From assembly GCA_001778985.1 (NCBI GenBank), contig MFIU01000001.1, positions 1 to 48,110 on the forward strand: a stretch of DNA of 48,110 bases. The letters are read 5' to 3'. This document shows, piece after piece, positions 17,903 through 25,919 of the stretch. This DNA comes from Candidatus Giovannonibacteria bacterium RIFOXYD1_FULL_48_21 (GTDB lineage: Bacteria > Patescibacteriota > Minisyncoccia > JACPKW01 > UBA11713). The number at the start of each line of letters is the position of its first letter. Position 1 is the stretch's first letter. The translations under genes and the position numbers were made by a program. The notes beneath the pieces were generated by a model. The model was not told the DNA's origin. It did no database searches and saw only the letters and a program-made list of their open reading frames with translations.

Positions 17903-17949
17903 AAAAGCGGCCTGTTTGATGTTTTTCAAAGTTGCTAGGCCGCTTTTTT
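17903..17949. terminator. Bidirectional terminator-like hairpin
   Basis: AAAAGCGGCCT...AGGCCGCTTTT. Confidence 0.55.
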
Positions 17950-18135
17950 AACGAGATGAAGAGGAGCTGAATAGAGCATTTTGCCGTTCCCAGTTCCCGG
18001 AACCAGTAAGTCCTTCCATGTCTGGCGATCGAGACAATACCAGTACCAATATTTGAGTCCGCCCTCATCTCCGTTACTCGTTTGAAGTGTGAGGAAACAC
18101 CCTAGTACCGCCGCATCGGGGCAACAAATGGGCAT
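17935..18135 (-). CDS. Hypothetical 66-aa protein
   Basis: Strong SD (AGGAGGTG) before the ATG; terminator at the 3' end. Confidence 0.5.
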   Translation of the reverse strand: MPICCPDAAVLGCFLTLQTSNGDEGGLKYWYWYCLDRQTWKDLLVPGTGNGKMLYSAPLHLVKKAA

Positions 18136-18445
18136 GCCCTTTCACCTCCTTTCTCTGAAGAGCCCTCAATTTCATAATAAACCTTCCCACAGAAAAGCGG
18201 AGTGGAAAACAAATGTTTTTATTCAAAACCAAAATAGCGCACTTGCTGTCTCATTTTTTGAAATTTTAAAGCTAAATGAGACAAATGAGACACTCCTTAA
18301 GGGTATAGGCCCGTGTCTTATTTTGAGATACAGCTCTCCTCTGTATTCTTAAGATAGAGTGTGGGCAGGAACGTTTCCGGGTTGGGACAGGAAGCTTACC
18401 ACCACGGTAAGGACATGGAAAATCTATTATGTCTTAGTAACATTT

Positions 18446-19150
18446 TTACCGAATGCCGGTATCAATGTCGATATTTACTTCAATGCTCTTGTTCGCTTCG
18501 ACGGTTATTGTTTTAGGAAGAGCATAATTGCATCCAAGAAAATCACAATCAGTAATTGTAAGCTTGTAGGAGCCAGTGGGGACAAGGCTTTGGAATCCGC
18601 CATCGGAACTTATTTTAATATAAATTGGTTTCCCCAATTGACCGCCTTTTTCTGGCTCAAGGATAATTTGTCGCGAAGAATAAGGATTTGGCACCGACTC
18701 GGGACATGGTTCAACGGGGCAGAGAGGACCAATGGCCACTTTGCCCGTAACCGTGCCTCTGGCCGCCTCACTTTCCCTTATCATTCTTTCGTAATCTTCT
18801 TGAACATGGCGCAATATTGCCTTTGCTTTTTTGGAACAGCCGGTAAATCCCGTTTCTGGTTCAAAAGGAAGTTCAATTTTGGCGTTATCCTGCAACTTCT
18901 CGTCCCAGTAATAAATCGTGTAGATTCTTTTTTTGGGGTCGAGGGAGCTGTTATCGCTTATCGGAAACTCTGTTCTTGCGCAATTTTCATATAATTGGTC
19001 TCGTGCTTGCATATCTCGTCTCATTTGCCGTTCTGCAGGACTAAATAAATCGATAATGTCTCCACGAAAAAACCAAAACAGAGAAAAACCAATAATCAAA
19101 ACAGCAACAATCCCAAAGACAATTATATTTACAAATCCTTTTGGGTTCAT
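18446..19150 (-). CDS. Membrane-anchored protein with a prepilin-like N-terminus and a C-terminal beta-sandwich (GPLCPVE...DTGIR)
   Basis: Likely start MNPKGFVNII at 19150; the longer ORF-track extension overlaps a pseudogene. Confidence 0.7.
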   Translation of the reverse strand: MNPKGFVNIIVFGIVAVLIIGFSLFWFFRGDIIDLFSPAERQMRRDMQARDQLYENCARTEFPISDNSSLDPKKRIYTIYYWDEKLQDNAKIELPFEPETGFTGCSKKAKAILRHVQEDYERMIRESEAARGTVTGKVAIGPLCPVEPCPESVPNPYSSRQIILEPEKGGQLGKPIYIKISSDGGFQSLVPTGSYKLTITDCDFLGCNYALPKTITVEANKSIEVNIDIDTGIR

Positions 19151-19154
19151 ATGA

Positions 19155-19337
19155 TTAAAATTTTCTTTTCTCAAAATTAAAATGCAGTTCGGCGTGAGCC
19201 GTGATCTCGATATTGCAACTTTTATGCTCCCTGCACCACGCCTCGCACTTCTCCGCCCATTCTTTATCCTTGTAGTGAAAGCCACACTCTTCGCATTAGT
19301 ATAGCTCTTTATTTTCTTTTTTGATCACTTTGACCAT
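19155..19337 (-). pseudogene. Small Cys/His zinc-binding protein with an internal TAA
   Basis: MVKVIKKENKELY*CEECGFHYKDKEWAEKCEAWCREHKSCNIEITAHAE...; the stop at 19296-19298 is one change from CAA. Confidence 0.7.
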
Positions 19338-19340
19338 AAA

Positions 19341-19460
19341 TTACTTAAAGGATTTAGCCAAAGCTGAGTTAAAAAGCTCTTTAAGTTTTGATTTTTGGGC
19401 GAGGAGTTGGGTTTTATAGTCCTGAACCGCGGAAAGTTTGGCAACGATTTGTTTTTGGGT
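19341..19460 (-). pseudogene. C-terminal remnant of a type I RM specificity subunit (HsdS)
   Basis: TQKQIVAKLSAVQDYKTQLLAQKSKLKELFNSALAKSFK* resembles the conserved HsdS C-terminal helix; no start codon. Confidence 0.6.
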
Positions 19461-19462
19461 TC

Positions 19463-19801
19463 TCAACCCAATCTTTCCTTCGTAAGATTTATCAATTCCT
19501 GTTCTGATTTGTAAATGCCGTGTCGAGAAAATACTAGAATCTTGTAATTTTCCTCGTCTATCATTTGAAAAACAACCCGGTATCCCTTTGACTTGCCTAT
19601 ATTTTCTCGTAATGGCACAACTCTTCCTTTATAAATCTTGTGTTCGCTAAATCCGGGAAAGCGATCAATGCCGGGCGTTTCTTGTACGCCTTTCAAACTA
19701 AAAAAGCGCTCCCACGCTTCTAATGATTCAAGCGGCGCCGATGAGCGCCGCAAGTTTCTTAAATCTTTTTCAACGTCTTCATGTCTGACAACATTCATCA
19801 C
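19463..19801 (-). CDS. RelE/HigB-like toxin
   Basis: 112 aa, 'KDLRNL' and 'GKSKGYRVV' motifs; directly downstream of a Panacea antitoxin. Confidence 0.65.
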   Translation of the reverse strand: MMNVVRHEDVEKDLRNLRRSSAPLESLEAWERFFSLKGVQETPGIDRFPGFSEHKIYKGRVVPLRENIGKSKGYRVVFQMIDEENYKILVFSRHGIYKSEQELINLTKERLG

Positions 19802-19803
19802 AT

Positions 19804-20310
19804 TTATATCTTTGCCATCTCGCCGTATTTATTGCGATAATAAGCAAGGTTGTAATCAATCGCCTCGTTCGGTTTAGTCGCAATCCAAGGCGCCTCGCCG
19901 TGGCTGGCGTTCTTCATTTCCGTACCGGTAAATTTTTCCCACTTGTCGGCTACGTCTTCCAACGCCAGTAGTTCCTCTTTTGAAAAGACATTCACGTCGA
20001 AATCTTTCAATGCCTCGATGTGTAATTGATCAGTTAACCCATCGGCGATTTTACGCTTGGTAATTTTGATTTCTTTGCCGTTCATTTCTTTTAGAATTTT
20101 TTCTCCCATTCGCGGCACCGGCCCATACTCAAAACGCAGATATTCGTCTCCGGTCACCGAGCGGCCGTACTTCTCAAAAAAATCAAAGTCAAGAAAATAT
20201 AAAAGCTTCATTAACTTCAGCTTGCCGAGCGTGCCGTTCTGAATCTTTTTTCCAAAGAAAAGCACGGCGTTTTTATACTTCTTTTCGTTGATTTTAGGGG
20301 TTTTGACCAT
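19804..20310 (-). CDS. Panacea-domain (DUF4065/SocA-like) antitoxin
   Basis: KLMKLLYFLD, YGPVP and SH.E.PW motifs. Confidence 0.85.
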   Translation of the reverse strand: MVKTPKINEKKYKNAVLFFGKKIQNGTLGKLKLMKLLYFLDFDFFEKYGRSVTGDEYLRFEYGPVPRMGEKILKEMNGKEIKITKRKIADGLTDQLHIEALKDFDVNVFSKEELLALEDVADKWEKFTGTEMKNASHGEAPWIATKPNEAIDYNLAYYRNKYGEMAKI

Positions 20311-20387
20311 GGTACTTATACTATATCAGCCAAAGCGCGCAGTGTCCACAACGCCAAGGGGCTGTATCTACTATCTATTTCGAAAAT

Positions 20388-21044
20388 TTAAATACTGCCC
20401 CAAGAGCAAAATTCGCAGGTGCTATGGGCCTTTGGCTGGGGAGATCGAATTGTTTTAACCGCGGCTTGAAAAATCTTTTCCGCCCTGGCCGGTTCTACTT
20501 CCACTTTCCGAGGTTCCACGTTGAACAGAAACTTGCCTCCGCCTAGCACTTCTTTCGGGGAATAGAAAACAAGATAAGCAAAGCTCCGGTGTGGATAGCC
20601 GTTTTTCTCCAGCAAAAGAGTATAGATGTTTAACTGATTCTGGTAGTAGGAGTGGGAGTCGCTTTTAGCGTTCCAGCCCCTGGTTTTATAATCCACGGGG
20701 ATAAAATATTCGCCGTCCACTAGGCAGTCGTCCAGGGCGCCCATAAGCTCTGCGTCCAGGTCCTTATCATACCAACGGATTCCTCTCCTATTATTGCGCC
20801 ATTCGCCCAAAAGCGCCTCGTCATCCAGAAGTCTGCCTATCACCTTGCCCTCAATCTCCGGCGGCAGTGATTTCCTCGCCCGAAAGACATCAAAGTATTT
20901 TTTCAAAACACTGTCCATTCCTCCAGGCAAGGAGGGAAAAACCGTCTTTGGCCGATGTATCCCCTTAACCTGTCCCGACCAAAAACACTTCGGGCATTCC
21001 AGGAATAGATTGAGGGTGTTTGGCGAGAGAATTATTTTATCCAT
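20388..21044 (-). CDS. PD-(D/E)XK nuclease (Cas4/AddB-like, Cys-containing)
   Basis: LSPN...CPKCF, G.LDD, VDYKT, QL..Y and C-terminal CEFC. Confidence 0.8.
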   Translation of the reverse strand: MDKIILSPNTLNLFLECPKCFWSGQVKGIHRPKTVFPSLPGGMDSVLKKYFDVFRARKSLPPEIEGKVIGRLLDDEALLGEWRNNRRGIRWYDKDLDAELMGALDDCLVDGEYFIPVDYKTRGWNAKSDSHSYYQNQLNIYTLLLEKNGYPHRSFAYLVFYSPKEVLGGGKFLFNVEPRKVEVEPARAEKIFQAAVKTIRSPQPKAHSTCEFCSWGSI

Positions 21045-21110
21045 GTATTTCTTTTTGCCGTGCCCCATACTCAGCTTCGCTGTAGTACTGGGGCCGCTCT
21101 TTTTCTTCGT

Positions 21111-21302
21111 CTATAAATTTTTTAATACTTTTTCAACAATCTTAATTTCCTCTTTAGACTGAGTCTGTCGAAGTCCGGGGTGCCTGCCCGTCCGTAGTTT
21201 TAACGAAGGCGGGAAGGCGTAGAGTTTACCTGTGGTGAGTGAAGTCGAACTATAGGCGAGCTGATCAATTTGTTTTTCGTAGTCGCGGACTTTTGCTTGT
21301 TT
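21111..21302 (-). pseudogene. C-terminal remnant of a type IIG/TaqI-like RM enzyme carrying three REP insertions
   Basis: KQAKVRDYEKQIDQLAY[ins]KLYA[ins]P[ins]KEEIKIVE, matching the ID.LVY.LY.L...EI..VE tail that also ends the MTase at 25920-29492. Confidence 0.7.
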
Positions 21303-21320
21303 GATAAAACGTTTTATTTA

Positions 21321-24300
21321 TCACTTCAAGCTTTCGCTTAAAATAATTTCAGCATAAAGTTTTCTGACCGGCCGCTGACTTACTTTTGGCCTCCCTTTCA
21401 ATAATTTCTCAACCTGCTCTACCATTTCTTTCGGAAGAAGGCCGTGTTTCTGCCGGATAACTCCTCGTAAATCCCGCGACGTTTTTACATCCAGCTGAAC
21501 TTCCCTTACCAATCCCTGCGCCTCGCTCATCCACCTTTTAGTTTTTTCAACCAAGCCGCGCTTCGCTTTTTCTATTCGATCTATCGCTTGCCGTTTTACC
21601 AATTCCAAATACATGTATCTTTCGCGTTCAATACGATTGGCTCTATCTTGGAAGTTTTGTTTAATTGACTCTATTGAGGCATAGTGTTTGTCATCAAATT
21701 GTTGGTCAGCGGTATTTTTATCGCACTCCAATAAACCCAAAACCTCCCAATCGTTCTCGCTTATGGTTTTTCCCTTTTCGTCGCCAAGATAAAGTTTATA
21801 AATATCATTTGCCCTGCAATATACCGCGACACCCGTCTTATCAGCCGATTTCCCGCAATGAACCATTGTTGGCAACCTTAACGCGGCGGCGTATTCCTCG
21901 GGATAAAGGGATTTCAGTTTCAGCCAATTCGACCGTTGTTTTGCCGAGAACGATTCTGTTTCTTGCTCCTCTAATGCGCGCCTGTCCTCCGAATACATCT
22001 GGTAAAACTTTTTATCCACCAATAACTCATCTTGAGAAATGACTTTTTCATCGCCCCCAAACCGCGTTTGAATTTCTTGTATCCTTCTTTTAATTCTTGC
22101 TTCAATGCCTATGCGCGCTTCCGCCTGCAATTGCGGGAAAAAGTTATACACCCAAATAAACTCATTTTGACTTCCAATTCTGTCAATGCGGCCGACTCGC
22201 TGGATAATTCGCACGGGGTTCCAGTGAAGCTCATAATTAATGACAACTTGCCCATCCTGTAAGTTGATACCCTCTCCAAGCATTTCCGTGCTTACCAAAA
22301 TATCTATTTCATTTTCGTTCGTTACTTCTATGCCGCGTTTTTTCAAATACTTCCTGTTGGAGTCGGTCTTAGACGAAAAAAGAGCCGCGCGTCTCAACAC
22401 ATCGCCGGTGTCACCGGAAACGTATTCTACCCGAGAAAAATGCTTTTTTAATTCTTCGCCTATATACTGGGCCGTTGATGCGTACTGTGTAAATATCAAA
22501 ACTTTCTTCCCGTCGCACTTTTCCTTGCCCCGTTCATCCCAATTCCGCTGACTATATTCGCCTTTAATTTTTTTGATAAGCGTTTGCAGTTTGTCATCAT
22601 CTTCAACGGAAATATTTTTAATCATCTCATGCATTTCTTTCAAAATAACCGCGTCTTTCTCAATGCCTTCTTTAAGTGCGGAAACTCTAAAACGCTCCGC
22701 TTCATAAGCTGTTTCTGGAATTTCAATTTCTTCAATATCTAAATCTTCTTTTAATTGCTGATACGCCTTGTCAGCCGCCTCTCCGGCTAATACCTTGCCC
22801 TCTTCAAGACCCCTCAAAAAAAGTTCGTGCGAGCGAACCATAACTCTCAACGACTCCCGCAATGCTTCCACGCTGCTCTCCAAAAGTTTAAAAAGAATCA
22901 TCCGCATAATGCCCCGCAAGTTGCGCCCGGCGATTTTCAAGCGCTGTTTCTCATCCTCGGTAAATTCTTCTTCTTTTATAAAATTACCGATGTCGTAGCG
23001 AGCAAACACTAAATTATCAATTTTTGCTTCAAGAGAGTTAAAAACCCCGCCCGGATATACATCGTCAATGTTGTAATCAATACGATAAGGCCCGAGGCGC
23101 TTGGGAAAGTGAGGCAAATTCTCCATGCCATACTCATCAATAATGTTTTTTCTGGTGCGGCGGATAAGAATCTGCTGGAAAAGGGTTTCCGACATATCAG
23201 GAACATCTTCTTTTCCCTCGCTGTTTAATTTCTGCCTCTCCTCATCCGCCTTTTTGAAAAACTCTTTCAGCTCCGGAGGATCAATCCGAATAACATCCGT
23301 CATTTCTTGCGGGTGGAAAAGTTTTATCTGATGATACATATCCAGCAATTTCAAATTCTGCGGCGTGGCGCCGACCAGAACTACCTTTTTACCTTCGCAA
23401 ATAATCTGTAAATCCTTGTATGATGCGGTTTCGGGATTGCGAAAGTGGTGCGCCTCGTCTATCAAAACAATCGGCCTTTGCATCAATTTGTCATCATTTA
23501 AGATATCTGAAAGTTTGCCGCGCGAAATAACCTTTGCGTTTACGTTGTAATCGTCCAAGACCTGTTCCCATTGCTCAATAATTTTTGGCGAGCAGATAAC
23601 AACTGATTTCTCGCCTTCTTCCTGTAAATGCGCCAGAAGCGCCGCGCCCATATAGGTTTTGCCCACGCCCGGCACATCGGCCAAAAACACCCCTTTGTAT
23701 TTTCCTAATTTACGGTACGCGTCTATTACCGCGTCTTTTTGGAACGGGAAAAGCGCCGGAACATCCTCGTTGAATTCAATCTTTTCTTTTTCGTGGTCTT
23801 CCTCCAAAGAAAAAATGTCGTGTAAAATCCGCAAGTAAATCCGAAACGGCGTTACTTCGTCATTCAAAGCCCACGACTCACGCACCGCGGTTTCGGCCAA
23901 AACCGTAAAATCGCAGTCCTCGGACAATTTCCATTTTTCTTCAAACCATTTATTCAATTTTTTCACTTGCGCCGCGTCGGTCAGCCGCACATTTACTTCG
24001 GTATTCAAAGAAAAACCGGAAATGGAAATGTTGCTTGAGCCGGTGAAAGCGGCAGGGACGTCCTTCTTATCAACTAAATACACTTTGGCGTGAAGCAGTT
24101 CTTTGGTATAAATGCGAAGTTTAATTTTCCTTTCCGCAAGCTTCTCGGCAAGCCAGATTAAAAACTCTTTATTTTCTTTATTTGGCTGGAGCCGCCCGGC
24201 GCGGGATAAAAGCGCCCTAGCTTCATTTTCAAGAATTTCCTTTTTCTCTTCCGGCGTCTGGAATTCCTGCGCTTCAAGTTTGTCCTGCACCGCTTCATCA

Positions 24301-24521
24301 AATTTTTCCGCCGTGAGCATCATTTCCGCGGTCTGCCAATTGGTTGTTGGGCTAATCAATAATTCCAAACTTTCCAACGCGTCAATCGCATCTTTTAGTT
24401 CCTTGAGCCCGGAAATGAAAAACCAACCAACGGCGAATCGGGCGCTTTTGGCGCCTTTCAATTCTTTTTTCAGTTCGTCCGAAAACTTCTGCTCCGGGGT
24501 TGTAATGATATTTTGAGGCAT
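21321..24521 (-). CDS. PLD-nuclease/SNF2-like SF2 helicase fusion (RM-associated)
   Basis: LHAKVY...GSSN (HKD-type), LADVPGVGKT, DEAHHFRN, ATP.N, GEGINLQ, WNPVRIIQRVGRIDRIG. Confidence 0.9.
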   Translation of the reverse strand: MPQNIITTPEQKFSDELKKELKGAKSARFAVGWFFISGLKELKDAIDALESLELLISPTTNWQTAEMMLTAEKFDEAVQDKLEAQEFQTPEEKKEILENEARALLSRAGRLQPNKENKEFLIWLAEKLAERKIKLRIYTKELLHAKVYLVDKKDVPAAFTGSSNISISGFSLNTEVNVRLTDAAQVKKLNKWFEEKWKLSEDCDFTVLAETAVRESWALNDEVTPFRIYLRILHDIFSLEEDHEKEKIEFNEDVPALFPFQKDAVIDAYRKLGKYKGVFLADVPGVGKTYMGAALLAHLQEEGEKSVVICSPKIIEQWEQVLDDYNVNAKVISRGKLSDILNDDKLMQRPIVLIDEAHHFRNPETASYKDLQIICEGKKVVLVGATPQNLKLLDMYHQIKLFHPQEMTDVIRIDPPELKEFFKKADEERQKLNSEGKEDVPDMSETLFQQILIRRTRKNIIDEYGMENLPHFPKRLGPYRIDYNIDDVYPGGVFNSLEAKIDNLVFARYDIGNFIKEEEFTEDEKQRLKIAGRNLRGIMRMILFKLLESSVEALRESLRVMVRSHELFLRGLEEGKVLAGEAADKAYQQLKEDLDIEEIEIPETAYEAERFRVSALKEGIEKDAVILKEMHEMIKNISVEDDDKLQTLIKKIKGEYSQRNWDERGKEKCDGKKVLIFTQYASTAQYIGEELKKHFSRVEYVSGDTGDVLRRAALFSSKTDSNRKYLKKRGIEVTNENEIDILVSTEMLGEGINLQDGQVVINYELHWNPVRIIQRVGRIDRIGSQNEFIWVYNFFPQLQAEARIGIEARIKRRIQEIQTRFGGDEKVISQDELLVDKKFYQMYSEDRRALEEQETESFSAKQRSNWLKLKSLYPEEYAAALRLPTMVHCGKSADKTGVAVYCRANDIYKLYLGDEKGKTISENDWEVLGLLECDKNTADQQFDDKHYASIESIKQNFQDRANRIERERYMYLELVKRQAIDRIEKAKRGLVEKTKRWMSEAQGLVREVQLDVKTSRDLRGVIRQKHGLLPKEMVEQVEKLLKGRPKVSQRPVRKLYAEIILSESLK

Positions 24522-24524
24522 AAA

Positions 24525-25286
24525 TTAAATTGGCGCCAACTGACGACTAAATTCACGCTCCAACATAGCCGCAAAGTCCCGGATAATGGCTTGCTGGCCT
24601 ATTGGTAAAAGCGCCCCAAGTTCGTTTTGAAAATTAATTTTTTTTGCTTCCGTGATAATGCCCGCTTGTTCTTTCGCAAGTCGCTCTTTTTGACCGAGCA
24701 TAAGCATATTTTTTCTCATTATAAAATACAAATCATAAAAATCGCGCGGCTTTTTCCGTTCCAGCAAAGCGCTGAATATTTTTTCTTCAACCAGATCCTC
24801 TTGTGGTAGATGCAAAATTGTATAAGCCGGGACGAAATCGTTAACAATGCTGTCTGTCTCGCCCAAAACCGTTCTCCCGTTTCTTGTAGAAACATTTATT
24901 TCAACACTGACCGGTTGATAATCACCGCCGCGAAAAGTTGCCGCTCCGAAATAACCGCCCGCCGTTTCATCTGACTTGTCGTCAATCTCAATATGGATAT
25001 CCGCCTTACTAGTTTCAGACAAAACTTCAACAAAAATATCTTCAATAAATTTTTTTGCTAATCTCTGTTCAACTCCAAAAAGAGAGAAATCTAAATCCTC
25101 GGAAAAACGGGGGCTGCCATACACAACGCGCAGAGCCGTGCCGCCCTTGAACAACAATTTTTCGGCGCCTGGCAATTGATAAAACGCGCTTAAAAAAATA
25201 TGCTGAAAATATTCCCGCACGATATTGGGAAATTCACTGGTCTGGTAGCGGTGCGCAAGCGCATTGATTGTCTCTTTGGAAATCAT
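24525..25286 (-). CDS. abiEii: AbiEii-family nucleotidyltransferase toxin (type IV TA)
   Basis: FKGGTALR, RFSEDLDF, EK, RDFYDL. Confidence 0.9.
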   Translation of the reverse strand: MISKETINALAHRYQTSEFPNIVREYFQHIFLSAFYQLPGAEKLLFKGGTALRVVYGSPRFSEDLDFSLFGVEQRLAKKFIEDIFVEVLSETSKADIHIEIDDKSDETAGGYFGAATFRGGDYQPVSVEINVSTRNGRTVLGETDSIVNDFVPAYTILHLPQEDLVEEKIFSALLERKKPRDFYDLYFIMRKNMLMLGQKERLAKEQAGIITEAKKINFQNELGALLPIGQQAIIRDFAAMLEREFSRQLAPI

Positions 25287-25888
25287 TTGAGCGTTGTTTT
25301 AATAATACTAATAAGTTTTGGGTTGCCGAAAAGTTCTGCATACTGAATGACCTTTGCGCGGTTGAATTTTTCTTTGCGAAAGCGGGAGATTGGTTTTTGT
25401 TTTGAAAGAAGCCGCAAGTAGTTTGCGTCCACAAAGGCTTTCTCGGCGTCAGCGATATAAAAACTTACGCCTTGCGACTTTTGAACACCATAACCGGTAT
25501 AAGCCGCCTTTTTGATCTTCCGGTATGAAAAAACTTTGCCCAATGTTTTAATTTCAAATCGGCGCGTGGCTTTTGTGGTAACCGAAGTAATCTCATATAC
25601 AATTTCTGGAATGATGCCGTGATACGCCAAGGCAAATTCGAGTGAGATATAAGAAGGACTATAAAGCTTGTTGGCAATATAGATATCGGGCGGCAAAGCG
25701 TCCGGTAAAGCGTAAAGCCCGCGCTTCAGTCTAATTATAAATACTTGCTTAGCGTAACGGTGAAGTAATTTCGTAGCGGTAGCTTTAGAAAGCCCAAATA
25801 GCGCCCGAACTTCGGTCGCGGTAAAAAGAAGCAGCTTTTTCTCCTTTATTTTAGTGGCAAATTTTGTCTGATTCACTAATTTGACCAT
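25283..25888 (-). CDS. abiEi: AbiEi-family antitoxin (wHTH)
   Basis: RLKRGLY, SYISLEFALAYHGII, EKAFVD. Confidence 0.85.
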   Translation of the reverse strand: MVKLVNQTKFATKIKEKKLLLFTATEVRALFGLSKATATKLLHRYAKQVFIIRLKRGLYALPDALPPDIYIANKLYSPSYISLEFALAYHGIIPEIVYEITSVTTKATRRFEIKTLGKVFSYRKIKKAAYTGYGVQKSQGVSFYIADAEKAFVDANYLRLLSKQKPISRFRKEKFNRAKVIQYAELFGNPKLISIIKTTLK

Positions 25889-25919
25889 ATTGTCAATTTA
25901 CCAAAACGCTCGTAAAAAG

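Noticed and set aside
18359-18994. 211-aa plus-strand ORF
   Set aside because: Antisense to the better-supported membrane protein gene
19296-19298. Stop-codon reassignment
   Set aside because: TAA, TAG and TGA all terminate conserved genes in this window
20388-21044. Cas4 of a CRISPR-Cas locus
   Set aside because: No repeat-spacer array or other cas genes in the window; treated as a stand-alone PD-(D/E)XK nuclease
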